From the NCBI RefSeq assembly GCF_006345805.1, contig NC_042997.1:67766001-67830000 (forward strand): a stretch of 64,000 bases of DNA. Reading direction: 5' to 3'. The notes beneath the pieces were generated by a model. The model did not search any database. It was not told the DNA's origin and was given only the letters and a program-made list of their open reading frames with translations. Shown here one piece after another: positions 38,481 to 51,289 of this stretch. Position numbers and translations under genes: made by a program. Each line of letters starts with the position of its first letter. Position 1 is the first letter of the stretch. Origin of the DNA: Octopus sinensis. Its lineage: Eukaryota.

Positions 38481-38727
38481 GAATACGCCAAGGTTCTCAT
38501 AATTTTTTCAGTCTACCGTCTTGGGCTGGTACTTTATATTATCGATACCGAAATCATGAAAAAGAAAGTTGATCTCGGCCGGTTTTAAAATTACAACGTA
38601 AAGAATCGGAACAAATAGTGCAAGATATTCTGCTTGACACGCAAAAAATTATGCAGACCACCGCCATGTTATTTTGTTTGTAAGTATGAGAACGTATGTA
38701 TATACATATACATATATGTATATGTAT

Positions 38728-38890
<163 letters not shown>

Positions 38891-39008
38891 CAGTAAAAGC
38901 AATTAAGATTCAAGTCAGTTCTAATGAATTCACTTGAATGCGGTACTTAACTTAGATGCACCAGAAAACTATATGGTATTAACCATACAATAATGTGGGG
39001 TGATTATA

Positions 39009-39185
39009 AACGAGAAAAAAAACAACAAGAATGGATTAGTTTTTTAGTACAATTGTTTCATACAAAGACAGGCTTTATTAAAAGCTGCAAATATTGCAGC
39101 AAAATATTGCAGCTTTTAATAAAGCCTGTCTTTGTATGAAACAATTGTACTAAAAAACTAATCCATTCTTGTTGCTTTTTTCTCG

Positions 39186-39187
<2 letters not shown>
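39009..39187. repeat. Inverted repeat, ~82-bp arms and 16-nt loop
   Basis: 39009-39090 vs 39107-39187. Differences only in the outer A-run. Confidence 0.93.
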
Positions 39188-39239
<52 letters not shown>

Positions 39240-39527
39240 GTATACATTCATATATACATATATATATATAGGCTGTATGGTAGGTTGACATTACAACCTA
39301 CCATACAACTTAATTATCATTCAAGAGAATTCAGCTTTCTCAAGAAAGTTTTAACCTAATAGATACTATATAAAGCGAAGATGATGACTTAGCTGACTGA
39401 AATTTCGAAGTCACTGTCAATACTATTCCTCATAAAGAATAATAATTTTGTTCTCTACCGAATGTATTGAGTAATCCTTCAATTTAATAGAAAATTGTTA
39501 TTATAACATAAAAACAGACATTAATGC

Positions 39528-39583
<56 letters not shown>

Positions 39584-39736
39584 TCTAAGCAAAACTGTTC
39601 GACGAACGGGAATGTGAAACTCTGAGTAACAGTCTTTGTGATATTTTTGCTGCTTATTACTCTACCTCTGGTATTCGAGTACTTTTTTTCCACCTTGTTT
39701 TGCATTTATGTGCTCACCCCGGTATATATATATATA

Positions 39737-41011
39737 CTGGGTTTGGACAAAATAATGGAATCACCTTAAAATTTCAAAGAAATTAATTTTAATATGGAGT
39801 AGGACCGCCTTTGGCGGCAGTAATTACAGCTTGAATTCTACGAGGTATGGACTTGCACAAAGTTTGAATTCTTTCCAGAGGAATTTTTATCCATGCTTCA
39901 GCTAAAACAGTCTCCAGCTCTTGTAGTGATGATGGTGGAGGATATCGACTCCTTGTTTTTCTAAAATGCACCATAAATGTTCAATAATATTGAGATCTGG
40001 GGACTGTTGTGGCGAAATAAGATGTTCAACTTCACTAGAATGTTTTTCGTGCCACTCAGTAACAACTTTACCTGTGGGAATTGGTGAATTATTATCCTGA
40101 AAGATTGTGTTTCCCCCCGGAAACAGTTTCGCAACCATAGAATGAATATGATCAGATAAAATACTTAAATAGTCTTGACTATTAATTTTGCCATGAAGGA
40201 AAACCACTGGGCCGGCAGATTTCCAAGATATCGCCACCCCCCAGATCATCACAGATCCTCCTCCATGTTTAACAGTTGGAAGAAGGCAGTCTGGGTCAAA
40301 TGCTTCTTTTGGCTGTTTCCACACCTATATTCGGCCGGTGGGCAGAAATAGGGTAAAGGATGACTCGTCCGAGAAAATAACATTCTTCCACTGCTCTAGG
40401 GACCAATTCTGTAGGTTTTTACTCCACTCTAAACGCTTTGCAACGTTTGTTTTTGAAAGTAGTGGTTTTCTGATTGCAGCCCTCCCGTGAAATCCGGCTT
40501 TGTGCAGCACCCGGCGAACAGTTTTTGTGGAAACTAGGTTCTCGAGGTGGCTATTAAGCTCTGCAGTAATTTTGGGAACTGTACTTTTCTGATCCTTTCT
40601 AACAAGTTGCGTAAGAGTCCGACGGTCCCTATCTGAAAGTTTTGGTTTTTTTCCGGATTTTTGTTTCGACGAGGAGGTTTTTCCCTCTTTCTCAAAGGCA
40701 GTCATTGCTTTTGAGACAGTACTTCTTTATACACCAAACATTTCAGCTGTTTTCGTTACGCTAGCGCCTGCCATAGAGCACCAATAATTTGACCTGTTTG
40801 AAAGTCCGTTAGATCTGTCATTTTAATGAATTCTAATTACCTTTTTCTGACGATATCTGGAAAGTAAGAGCAATTTTAGCAAAACATATTAAGCAACACT
40901 GATAATAAATCAAAAGAATATATAAATAAACAAGCTTTTGACGGTTTTATAGGTGTTTCAAAATTATGATGCTATGATGCTAGGTGTTTCCATTATTTTG
41001 CCCAACCCCTG
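39737..41011 (-). mobile_element. Tc1-like transposon of DD36E (Incomer-type) family, defective
   Basis: 30-bp TIRs (26/30 match) with TA TSD. Transposase from ATG at 40821 (MTDLTDFQTGQIIG...) through VIFSDESSF, TVKHGGGSVMIW, FQD(N)NSP, SPDLNIIE, KGGPTPY, with a stop and frameshifts. Confidence 0.9.
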
Positions 41012-41021
41012 TATATACATA

Positions 41022-41232
41022 CAGGGTTGGGCAAAAGTCACTTGACAGTAAATGAAAGCCGTTTAATTCCAAGATTTATTCTTGTTTAACAACTGAATGA
41101 ATTTAATATAAGCGTCTAATATGAAAATTGTTCAAACTGAAGTCCTTCTTGAGCGACACATTCAAGTCAATACAGAATTACAGATAGTATTTATGGAATT
41201 TTGATTTACTGTCGGGTGACCTTTGGCCAACC

Positions 41233-41235
<3 letters not shown>
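41022..41235. mobile_element. Tc1/mariner-type MITE (214 bp) with 32-bp imperfect TIRs and TA TSD
   Basis: CAGGGTTGGGCAAAAGTCACTTGACAGTAAAT / ATTTACTGTCGGGTGACCTTTGGCCAACCATG. Confidence 0.82.
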
Positions 41236-41266
<31 letters not shown>

Positions 41267-41299
41267 AATTCGCGTTCAATTAAATAGTAAATAATAAAT

Positions 41300-41376
<77 letters not shown>

Positions 41377-41399
41377 ATATACACACATATATATACATA

Positions 41400-41641
41400 T
41401 ATGGGTACAGGACGTCACCAACGGTGCAAAAAACATAAAATACGTGAGCAAATGAGAGAAAAACGAGTAAAATACGCAAAGAAGAAAAAATGTAAAACCA
41501 GAATGAGAGGAAAATAGTGAACACTGGGAGAAACATTTTTTTTGAAAAGTGAAACGATAGAAGAGAGAGAGAATAGCGCCCGTTCATTTAAACGTCCGAG
41601 CAGGAAAAAAAGATCGACGATGGTCACGTGTGAGCAACGAC

Positions 41642-41699
<58 letters not shown>

Positions 41700-41829
41700 A
41701 CGGCGAAGGAGGGAGGGAAAGAAAAAGGGAATTAGAGAAGGATGGAGGAAGAAAACAGTATAGAGTAGAGAGTTGCATCGAAAAGGTGAAAATAAATTTG
41801 CTTGGAAATAGATGCATCGTGTTCGATTA

Positions 41830-41835
<6 letters not shown>
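41400..41835 (-). mobile_element. Unclassified (TA)n-flanked non-coding element, possibly PLE pseudo-LTR fragment
   Basis: Bounded by (TA)n on both sides. GGTCACGTG followed by (AG)n, as in 32720 and 45693. Confidence 0.4.
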
Positions 41836-41871
<36 letters not shown>

Positions 41872-42038
41872 CTCCATTTATTTACTTATACTACACAAAT
41901 TACTGCACATTAACCCGGAGTTTATACCTTTGAAAAGGTCGCTTCATCCGTGTTACTTGCGTGAATTTTGCTACCCTGGTAACTGTTTATTGAATTTTTC
42001 ATGTTAACGGTAAACAAAGTATAATTCATTCATCCATT

Positions 42039-42084
<46 letters not shown>

Positions 42085-42135
42085 TATATTATTATTATAT
42101 TATTATTATTATTATTATATTATATATATATATTA

Positions 42136-42179
<44 letters not shown>

Positions 42180-42581
42180 TATTATTATTATATATATAAA
42201 TTTACATCTAATATAGGATAGAATTTTTCGAAAAAAATTCTATCAATGGGCAAGCATATTAAAAAATACCTTTAAAGGTTAAATTTATAAACAACTTATC
42301 CTGGAGAATTTCTATTTGGGATATATTTGGGGTACTTAAGTGTGCTCATGACTTAGAGTTTGCTTCTTTCATGGGTATAAGTAAGTATTTCATTTATTTT
42401 TTACCGTATCTATCGCTGACGAGGAGAACATTCTTATGAATTAACTCTGAAATTGGGTGCATGAATTTTTTAGAAATTTCTGTCGGCTTACTTCGAGACG
42501 CGTGTTTATAGTCATAAAGTATATGGTTATTGACGATTTGTTTATAAGTTATATATATATATATATATGTACACATATTCG

Positions 42582-42613
<32 letters not shown>

Positions 42614-43124
42614 TGTATGTATGTATGTATGTATGTATGTATGTATGTATGTATGTATGTATGTATGTATGTATCTATCTATCTATCTATCTATCTATTT
42701 ATGCACGCATATGTATGTATATATATAAAAATGTATGTGTATGTGTGTGTGTATGAGGTCGCTATGAGAGATAACCAGAGATTTCATCTTGAAGCATTTT
42801 AGTGAAATGTTTCTGATAAGTAAGAAAGTCGTAGAGCATGATTTTTACTTTGATATATGAAGCGAAGAAGTTTATGCGATGCTGAAGTGGCCAACGTTGT
42901 TGCGTCTGTTTGGGAGGTTGTTTTTGAGGTAAGCATTTATTGTAACAGTGTAAGGAGAGTATGAGGTGTGAATGATGTGTATGTGTGCGCACGTGTGTGC
43001 ATAACAAATAAGGAGGTATGAAAAGTGGTATCAACTACGTAGGGGTACGTATACGACAGGTAACAGAAAGCGAATTTGCATGCTAGAAATGAAGGAAGGA
43101 TTTACTGACGTCAAGCTAAAATAT

Positions 43125-43690
43125 TGGTTTCATATTTAGGCACAAGGTCAATAAGTTCGGTGGGAAGGGGTAAGTCGATTACATCGACCTCAGAGCTCAA
43201 CTAATACTTTTTTATCGACCCCGAAAGGATGATCTCGGCGGAATTTGAACTCAGAACATAGACAAACGAAATACCTATTTCTTTACTACCCACAAGGGGA
43301 TAAACTCAGAGAGAACAAACAAGGACAGACAAACATATTAAGTCGATTATATCGACCCCAGTGCGTAACTGGTACTTATTTAATCGACCCCGAAAGGATG
43401 AAAGGCAAAGTCAACCTCGGCAGAATTTGAACTCAGAAAGTAGCGGCAGACGAAATACCTATTTCTTTACTACCCACAAGGGGCTAAACACAGAGAGGAC
43501 AAACAAGGACTGACAAACGGATTAAGTCGATTACATCGATCCCAGTGTGTAACTGGTACTTAATTTATCGACCCCGAAAGGATGAAAGGCAAAGTCGACC
43601 TCGGTGGAATTTGAACTCAGAACGTAACGGCAGACGAAATACGGCTACGCATTTCGCCCGGCGTACTAACGTTTCTGCCAGCTCACCGTC
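43125..43690 (-). mobile_element. Head-to-tail trimer of SINE A bodies joined at GTATTTCG
   Basis: One head (43690-43640), then units restarting at GTATTTCG after each ...GTAAAGAAATAG tail. The last unit has the alternative 3' end. Confidence 0.85.
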
Positions 43691-44513
43691 AAGGCTAAAA
43701 TATTACTTCGTGATATATATGGTTAAATGTCAGGTAGAGCTGGCTCTTCAGAAGCTTTACTTTGGGGTCATTGAGAAGAGAGAGGAAAGATTATAAAGGA
43801 TTTGGTAGTTTACGAAGGTTTGCTTCACATTACATATACTGAAGTGAAGGAGATACTTTAGTAGTTGGGTGTTAGAGAAATTGGCCTTGATAGATAGATG
43901 GATAGATAGATAGATAGATTGATTGATTAAAGCATAGTTGAGCATAGAAGTGCACTGTTAAAGAGGGAGAAAAGCCAGAACATCCGACCCAACCGAATTT
44001 TAGGGCTGAGGACATGGGGAAAGTTTTCGTATTTGGCAATTGTGTGATAGGAGGGCGTGACACAGGAATAGAACTACTATTTAAGAGAAATTTTACTGTG
44101 CGTATGCAGTGTGGAGCTAGAAGCAAAACTGTGAAATTAAATTTCATTTTTTTTCCAGTAATGATGTTAAATATCTTTAAAAAAAAAATTGGTATTTTCT
44201 ATAAGTCACATTGCGTCAATAAACTTGACATATTTCAGCAAAAGATAATTTGAAATGTGACATTCCTCAACAAAAAGATAGGTTGGTATATAAAAGTTCT
44301 TTTTCCAGTTAAGAGTAATTAAATTTTGAGTGGATGTATCTGATTCCCGCAGTTAATTTGTTAAGTAGCAGGAATACCACAAACATAGACATCTTGTTTG
44401 AGGTGTAAAAATTTTGTAAATCTACTGGAGTCTTCATTGAGATCTCGACTGCAATTTGAAAGTTTGGGGAATATGAGAAAGAAAGAGGGAAAGAGAGAGA
44501 GAGGGATGTATAC

Positions 44514-44544
<31 letters not shown>

Positions 44545-44610
44545 TGTATGTATGTATGTATGTATGTATGTATGTATATATATATATATATGTATATATG
44601 TATATATGTA

Positions 44611-44695
<85 letters not shown>

Positions 44696-44698
<3 letters not shown>

Positions 44699-45207
44699 GA
44701 AATATGTTACGAAAAGAAAATATAAAATACACGTAGCAATGTAAGGGTAAAATATGAAAAATCAACGAAAATGCACATTGCAAATAAAAAAAGGCTATTT
44801 ATAACAGGTAGGGACAAATATATACATTTAGATTGACTGAGGTAATAATACGAGTCATAAAAGTCATTATTATGAGATGATTATAAGATGATAATAAAGT
44901 GAGAGAACAAAACGGACCATGGTTAACGCGAAGCTATTCATCGTTTACGATTCATCAAAGCGATGAATAGCTTCGCGTAAACCACGGTCCGTTTTGTTCT
45001 CTCACTTTATTATCATCTTATAATCATCTCATAATAATGACTTTTATGACTCGTATTATTACCTCAGTCAATCTAAATGTATATATTTGTCACTACCTGT
45101 CATAAATAACCTTTTTTTTTATTTGCAATGTGCATTTTCGTTGATTTTTCATATTTTACCCTTACATTGCTACGTGTATTTTATATTTTCTTTTCGTAAC
45201 ATATTTC

Positions 45208-45210
<3 letters not shown>
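44696..45210. repeat. Large fold-back inverted repeat, ~250-bp arms and 17-nt loop, embedded in (TA)n
   Basis: 44696-44943 vs 44961-45210, few mismatches. Confidence 0.95.
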
Positions 45211-45238
<28 letters not shown>

Positions 45239-45242
<4 letters not shown>

Positions 45243-46412
45243 GGTATGTAGAAAAATACAACATGGACAAGAACGTATAACTCATAGAAGACGATACAAT
45301 AAACATGGACAGGACATTCGAACCCCTCAGTCTTCAGTCAAGAACCGGATCATCGTAGTAATTTCGGCTGATTAATCTTGAGATTACTAGATCACGGCCA
45401 GCCCTCCAAGAAAAACTAAGCTGGAAGCGTAGATTTCCTGGAAGAAGGAAAGAATGCATACGAACACCAGGACAGCAAAAGGGACAGATATAGAAAAAAC
45501 AAAAAACAATAATGGAATACAGAAACATGAAATACAGAAGCATTAACGGTGAGAACAACAAGTGTCTTACGACTGATAACAAGCAAACAAATTTTTTCTC
45601 TGGCGCATTGGAAAAAGCCTTTATAGCGGCGGACGAAGAACAACGATGTTAACACGACGAGGGTCAGGAGCTGAAAGGCAGATTTCGGCCAACAGTCACG
45701 TGACAGAGAAGAGAGAGAGAGAAAAGGGGGACAAAACGCAACAAAGAGAGAGAAGAGAGAGAAAGAAGGAATCAGAGAGGAGAAGGGATGGGTGTCGAAG
45801 AATGACCTGTGAGTGCAGAGCGAGACAAAGAAATAGGAGGGTAGTGGAAGACTAGACCAAAGGATCAGAGGAAAGAGAAGATGAATAGAGAGAAAGTAAA
45901 AATGAGAGAGAGAGAGAGACAAACAGAGAGTCGTACCAATTATTAAGATATGTGTGTTCACATTAATGATAAAGGGGGTACGGGGCGCCTGGAATATATG
46001 TTAAGGTATGTAGAAAAATACAACATGGACAAGAACGTATAACTCATAGAAGACGATACAATAAACATGGACAGGACATTCGAACCCCTCAGTCTTCAGT
46101 CAAGAACCGGATCATCGTAGTAATTTCGGCTGATTAATCTTGAGATTACTAGATCACGGCCAGCCCTCCAAGAAAAACTAAGCTGGAAGCGTAGATTTCC
46201 TGGAAGAAGGAAAGAATGCATACGAACACCAGGACAGCAAAAGGACAGATATAGAAAAAACAAAAAACAATAATGGAATACAGAAACATGAAATACAGAA
46301 GCATTAACGGTGAGAACAACAAGTGTCTTACGACTGATAACAAGCAAACAAATTTTTTCTCTGGCGCATTGGAAAAAGCCTTTATAGCGGCGGACGAAGA
46401 ACAACGATGTTA

Positions 46413-46413
<1 letters not shown>
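45239..46413 (-). mobile_element. Young non-autonomous element with ~414-bp direct terminal repeats (pseudo-LTR/retrozyme-like)
   Basis: 45239-45652 vs 46001-46413 differ by one visible 1-bp indel. The 348-bp spacer is purine-rich with no credible ORF. (TA)n on both sides. Confidence 0.8.
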
Positions 46414-46449
<36 letters not shown>

Positions 46450-46659
46450 TGAGAAAGAGCGCGTGGACTGCATCACAGGATTTCATGACACTCCCTGATG
46501 GTAGTTTTGGTCATATTTCTCTTGCAATAAAAATCTAAAGTAGGGTTTGTTGAACAATGTAATTTAAAAATATGAGGCGTGTTAAAGCTGTGCACAGGCG
46601 ATCCGATATGGTTGGTAAGCAGGCTACTTACCACACAGCCACTCCTACGCCTATATAAA

Positions 46660-46865
46660 TATTACTTTGAAATTTTGGCACAAGACCAATCACTTCGAGG
46701 GAGAGGGTAAGTCGATTACATCGATTCCAGTGCTTAATTTATCAACCCCCAAAGGATGAAAAGCAAAGTCGACATCTGCGGAATTTGAACTCAGAAAGTA
46801 AAGACGGATGAAATGCCGCTAAGCGTTTAACCAGGTATGCTACCGATTCGTCAGCTCGTGACCTT
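46660..46865 (-). mobile_element. SINE family A
   Basis: Reverse complement of the family A pattern. Confidence 0.8.
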
Positions 46866-47107
46866 TCTTCGAATATAAATATTATTATTATGTAATCAAA
46901 TTGAAAGTACTCTGTTTTTACTATGATGGTTATAAGCACTGGATTCCATCTAGATATTGGTTCTTTCTCTTATATATTAAAAATTGCAACTTCTTTTCAA
47001 GTCACTAAGATAAAAACATTTCACGGTATATTAAATAAATTTAATATATATTTTCAGCGATTCTAAACCTTTCGATTGTCATTTCTCTGATTGTTTATGC
47101 AAAATCA

Positions 47108-47245
<138 letters not shown>

Positions 47246-47974
47246 TTGTCTCTCTTTCTGTCTATCCGTCCGACCGTTTGTCTGTTTCTCTCTCACTCTT
47301 TTTTTCTTTCTTCCTCCCCCTCTCTCTCTTTCTTTAGCCGGGTTCGGTAGCAGGTCACTTGACTTAAATAAGATAAGTCTTAGTTAGATTTACATCTATA
47401 TCTGTGTGCGTGTGTATGTGTACGTGAGTGTGTGTGTGTGTGTGTGTGTGTGCGCTCTTACTTGTATGTATACGTACGTATTATGGCGTGTCTTTTGCAA
47501 GTGTATTAGAAGAAAATAGGTGTAGGTGTGCGCATGTAAGAATTTGTGGGAGAAAGTTCGTATATATATATATATATATTATATATAATATATATATATA
47601 TATCTATATATGTATACATACACACACACACACACACACACACGCACATATATGTATGTATGTATATATTTATTATAGGCGCAGCGTGGCTGTGTGATAA
47701 GAAGCTGGTTTTCCAGCCACATGCTTCAGTTCAACTGCTTGACATCCCCTTTCCCTCCTAATTTCAGCTTCCCACTTTTGTAGCGTTGATTAAACTGTTG
47801 TGTCACCACCTAATGTAGCAATCATGTCAGCATGAATGTTTGGTGGCTAAACTCTCTTGCTGCTGGTATTTTATAACACCACGATGCCATAGTTAGTTTT
47901 GAAGTCTTCTTTAAACAGTCACATGTCAGTTTACTTCGAAAGAAACAGGTTATTTTATTAATAACTGCTTATTC

Positions 47975-48042
47975 TAAATTCAACCCTTCTTATTGATAAC
48001 TGCTTCTTTCGAAGCAGTTATCAATAAGAAGGGTTGAATTTA
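47975..48042. repeat. Perfect hairpin, 32-bp arms and 4-nt loop
   Basis: TAAATTCAACCCTTCTTATTGATAACTGCTTC-tttc-GAAGCAGTTATCAATAAGAAGGGTTGAATTTA. Confidence 0.95.
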
Positions 48043-48126
48043 ATACATGCAAAGTTCATAGCTCTAGCATCACTCCTCCATAGTCAGCCTATGAACTATT
48101 CGTCTTAGCCTCGGGCGCTCGCGAGG

Positions 48127-48225
<99 letters not shown>

Positions 48226-49271
48226 ATATATAATATATATTATATATATGTATGTTTACTCATTTATGTATGTGTGTGCATGTTAGAGATATAGAGAGAA
48301 AGAAAGAGAGAGAGAGAAAGAAAATGTGATGCATATATGAATGTACTTATAGTGTTTCTGTAACGATTTGTATGTGTAAGAAAGTATGCGTATGTGTGGG
48401 AAGCAGTACGCCCCCATGATTGTGTGTGCTACTGATAATGAAAAAAAGAGAGTTTTCGATGCCGGATATAAGGTACAACAATTTAATACGCTCAGCCTGA
48501 ACAAAAATGGCTGAAACTGGGACTTACTAAGCTGTACTAGAAGAATCAATTTATCGTTCTGGTTATAGATATACCAAAGTATGTGTGAATAAATCTATGT
48601 ATCTATGTATCAATAGATATGGAACACTAGATAGACCGACAAGCAGATAGATAGACCAACGGAGAAATATATAGACAAACAGATAGACAGCTAGATAGAT
48701 AAATAGATAGATATAAAGGTACACTAATAAAGAAATATATAGACAGGCTGATTGACAAACACCTGGGTTGATAGACAGGGCAGGCAGATAGATAAATAAA
48801 TAGATAGACTAACAGAGAAATATGTAGATAGATATACAGATAAAATAGACAGACGAATGGACAGATAAATAGACTAACAGAAAGATATACAGACAAATAG
48901 ATAAACAGATAGACAGATAGATAAATAGATAGATACATAGACGAGATTCAAAGTGAATTATTCATAGCTGTCACTCGTAAGTGAATATGACATAACATTT
49001 ATCATGCTTGGCTAATTGTTTTAAGTGCTCGTCTAATCTCGATCAAGCACTCACATCCTTGACTAAGCTGTCTCGTTCAAGACGAGACGGATGGGAGGGG
49101 AAGCGGCTGCAAAAGAACTCGGCTGGTCCTCATTCAGCTGAGTAGGGTGGAACAATGAGAAATGTAGTTTCTAGGACACAACGCGTCCTCCGAAACCAGG
49201 CATCGGACCCGCTACCTTAAGATCATGAGTTCAATACCCTTATCACAGCGAAAGCGGGTATGCATATAATA

Positions 49272-49431
49272 GATGCAGGAATGGCTGTGTGGTAAGAGGT
49301 TTGCTTCCAATCACATGCTTCTGGGTTCAGTCCCACTGCATGGCACCTTGGGCAAGTGTCTTCTACTATAACCTCGGGCCGACCAAAGCCTTGTGAGATT
49401 TGTTAGGCGGAAACTTAAAGAAACCTGTCAG

Positions 49432-49494
<63 letters not shown>

Positions 49495-49755
49495 CGAAAA
49501 TTTAAAAAGACCCGTCATATATATATATATATATATATATAAGGGCACACGCACGTATGTTTGACCCCCTACCCTCGCTTGACAACCGCTGTTGGTGAAT
49601 TTACGTCCTTGTAACTTAGCGGTTCGACAAAAGAAAACCGATAGAATAAGTACGAGGATTAAAGGAAAAAATGTATTGGAGTAGATTCATTCAACTAAAT
49701 TTCTTCAAGGTGGTGCCGCAGCACGGCCGCAGTCTAAGAACTGAAACAAGTAAAA
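49272..49755 (+). mobile_element. SINE family B, full length
   Basis: TGGCTGTGTGGTAAG A-box-like, GGGTTCAGTCCC B-box-like, CCTTGGGCAAGTGTC, internal (CA)n/(TA)n, GGTGGTGCCGCAGCACGGCCGC end. Confidence 0.87.
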
Positions 49756-50080
49756 TATAAAATATAAAACAATATTTATTGTGTAAAATCCTCTTCAAAC
49801 ACCAACTGATAAGATAAAAATCCTTTTCAGACACCAAATGGTAATATGTATGTACTACTTTGATTTTTGTAAGCAAAACCTACAAATAATCACTAATTCA
49901 TTGGAGCAGAACTGTTGTGTTTAACTACCAAATATGTTGAACTTTTTTACGATTTATAATAAACATGCTTCAAATATATTTTATAGTCGTGTGAGTATAC
50001 GATTATTTCCAATGGGTGAAGAATATCTAAAATTGCCTGGAAGCTACTACTCCCTCTCTGTCGTTACCATAGTTACCATA

Positions 50081-50081
<1 letters not shown>

Positions 50082-50152
<71 letters not shown>
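50082..50152. repeat. (ACT)n microsatellite
   Basis: Direct reading. Confidence 0.97.
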
Positions 50153-50153
<1 letters not shown>

Positions 50154-50263
50154 TATGATGGATGTTACTGTTGCTGCTGCTGATGGGGAGAAAAGTTACG
50201 CGATTGAGATAATATAAAAGCCTCTGTAACAAATAACAGAAGCTTAAAAATCGATTATTATTA

Positions 50264-50294
<31 letters not shown>

Positions 50295-51289
50295 TTGATT
50301 GTTTTTTTCCATATGTTTACGAATTTAATCACCTTAGAGGAGATTAAAGATTTTAATGGAAAAATTGCAGATACGTAATTGTAGAAGATATTTCTCTATT
50401 CCACTTCCTCTCTATCTCATTCGAATATCACTCGCTATTATTTTGAAATCAGCAGCAATGAATAGTCGAATGAATGTGCCAAACAAAAACTGAAAACTGA
50501 CATAAAAAAAAAGAAAAATGGGGAAAGAGAAGAAAAATAATGGATTATAAAAGAAAAATTAACACAGATAAATGAATAACCGTCAAAAGATAGTTGAATA
50601 AAAACAACTATCAGAAAAATTAAATCATTTTTTTTAATGCGCTGATAGTTTGGAAAATGCGGATAATTCACTACGTATTTGTTATGTCAGGTAATCATAT
50701 TATCGATTAGTAAGCGATTACAACAGGCAACTGTGCTGACAAAAGAAAAATAAAATGAACCAGAAAATTGAAATAAAAAAATTCGAATGGTGATGTCCCC
50801 TGAAACCATTAAATCGAAAGCGAATCACTGATGCAAATGCATTAAAAAATACTAATATAAATAATTTAACGAAATAACTATGTCTTTCAGAACAAGGTTT
50901 TAATTAAATGTATGAAAATAAAGGTTATTTTATCATTATTATGAATACAGTAATACCTCTAGAATATTTTCCTAAATAGATTCTTCACCAAGCATTATAC
51001 AGTCTCATTTTTAAGACTGCCTAAGTAGATATAAGAGCTTGATAGGCTAATTTGAACAGAGATATGAATACAAATGGGAATGTTAGACATAACCAAATGA
51101 ACTGAAATATCCAGAGACGCGCTGTCGCACGCTCCAAACACTTAATGACTTTTAGATAACCTCACATAATATAATGTTACACATCTTGATTTAATGTTAT
51201 GATAAAATAAGAAAACAAGTTTAATTAAGATCTAATGTTATCACAAAATAACGAAACAGGTTAAATTAATCAATTTTAATTACAATTAC

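Noticed and set aside
39950-40110. DD37E (TRT-type) classification
   Set aside because: 37 results from counting from the first Asp of FQDD. The catalytic position is the second, here mutated to Asn, giving 36.
45305-45345. Hammerhead formed by CUGAAGA...CGAAU on the minus strand
   Set aside because: No convincing stem II or stem I, and GAAU instead of GAAA.
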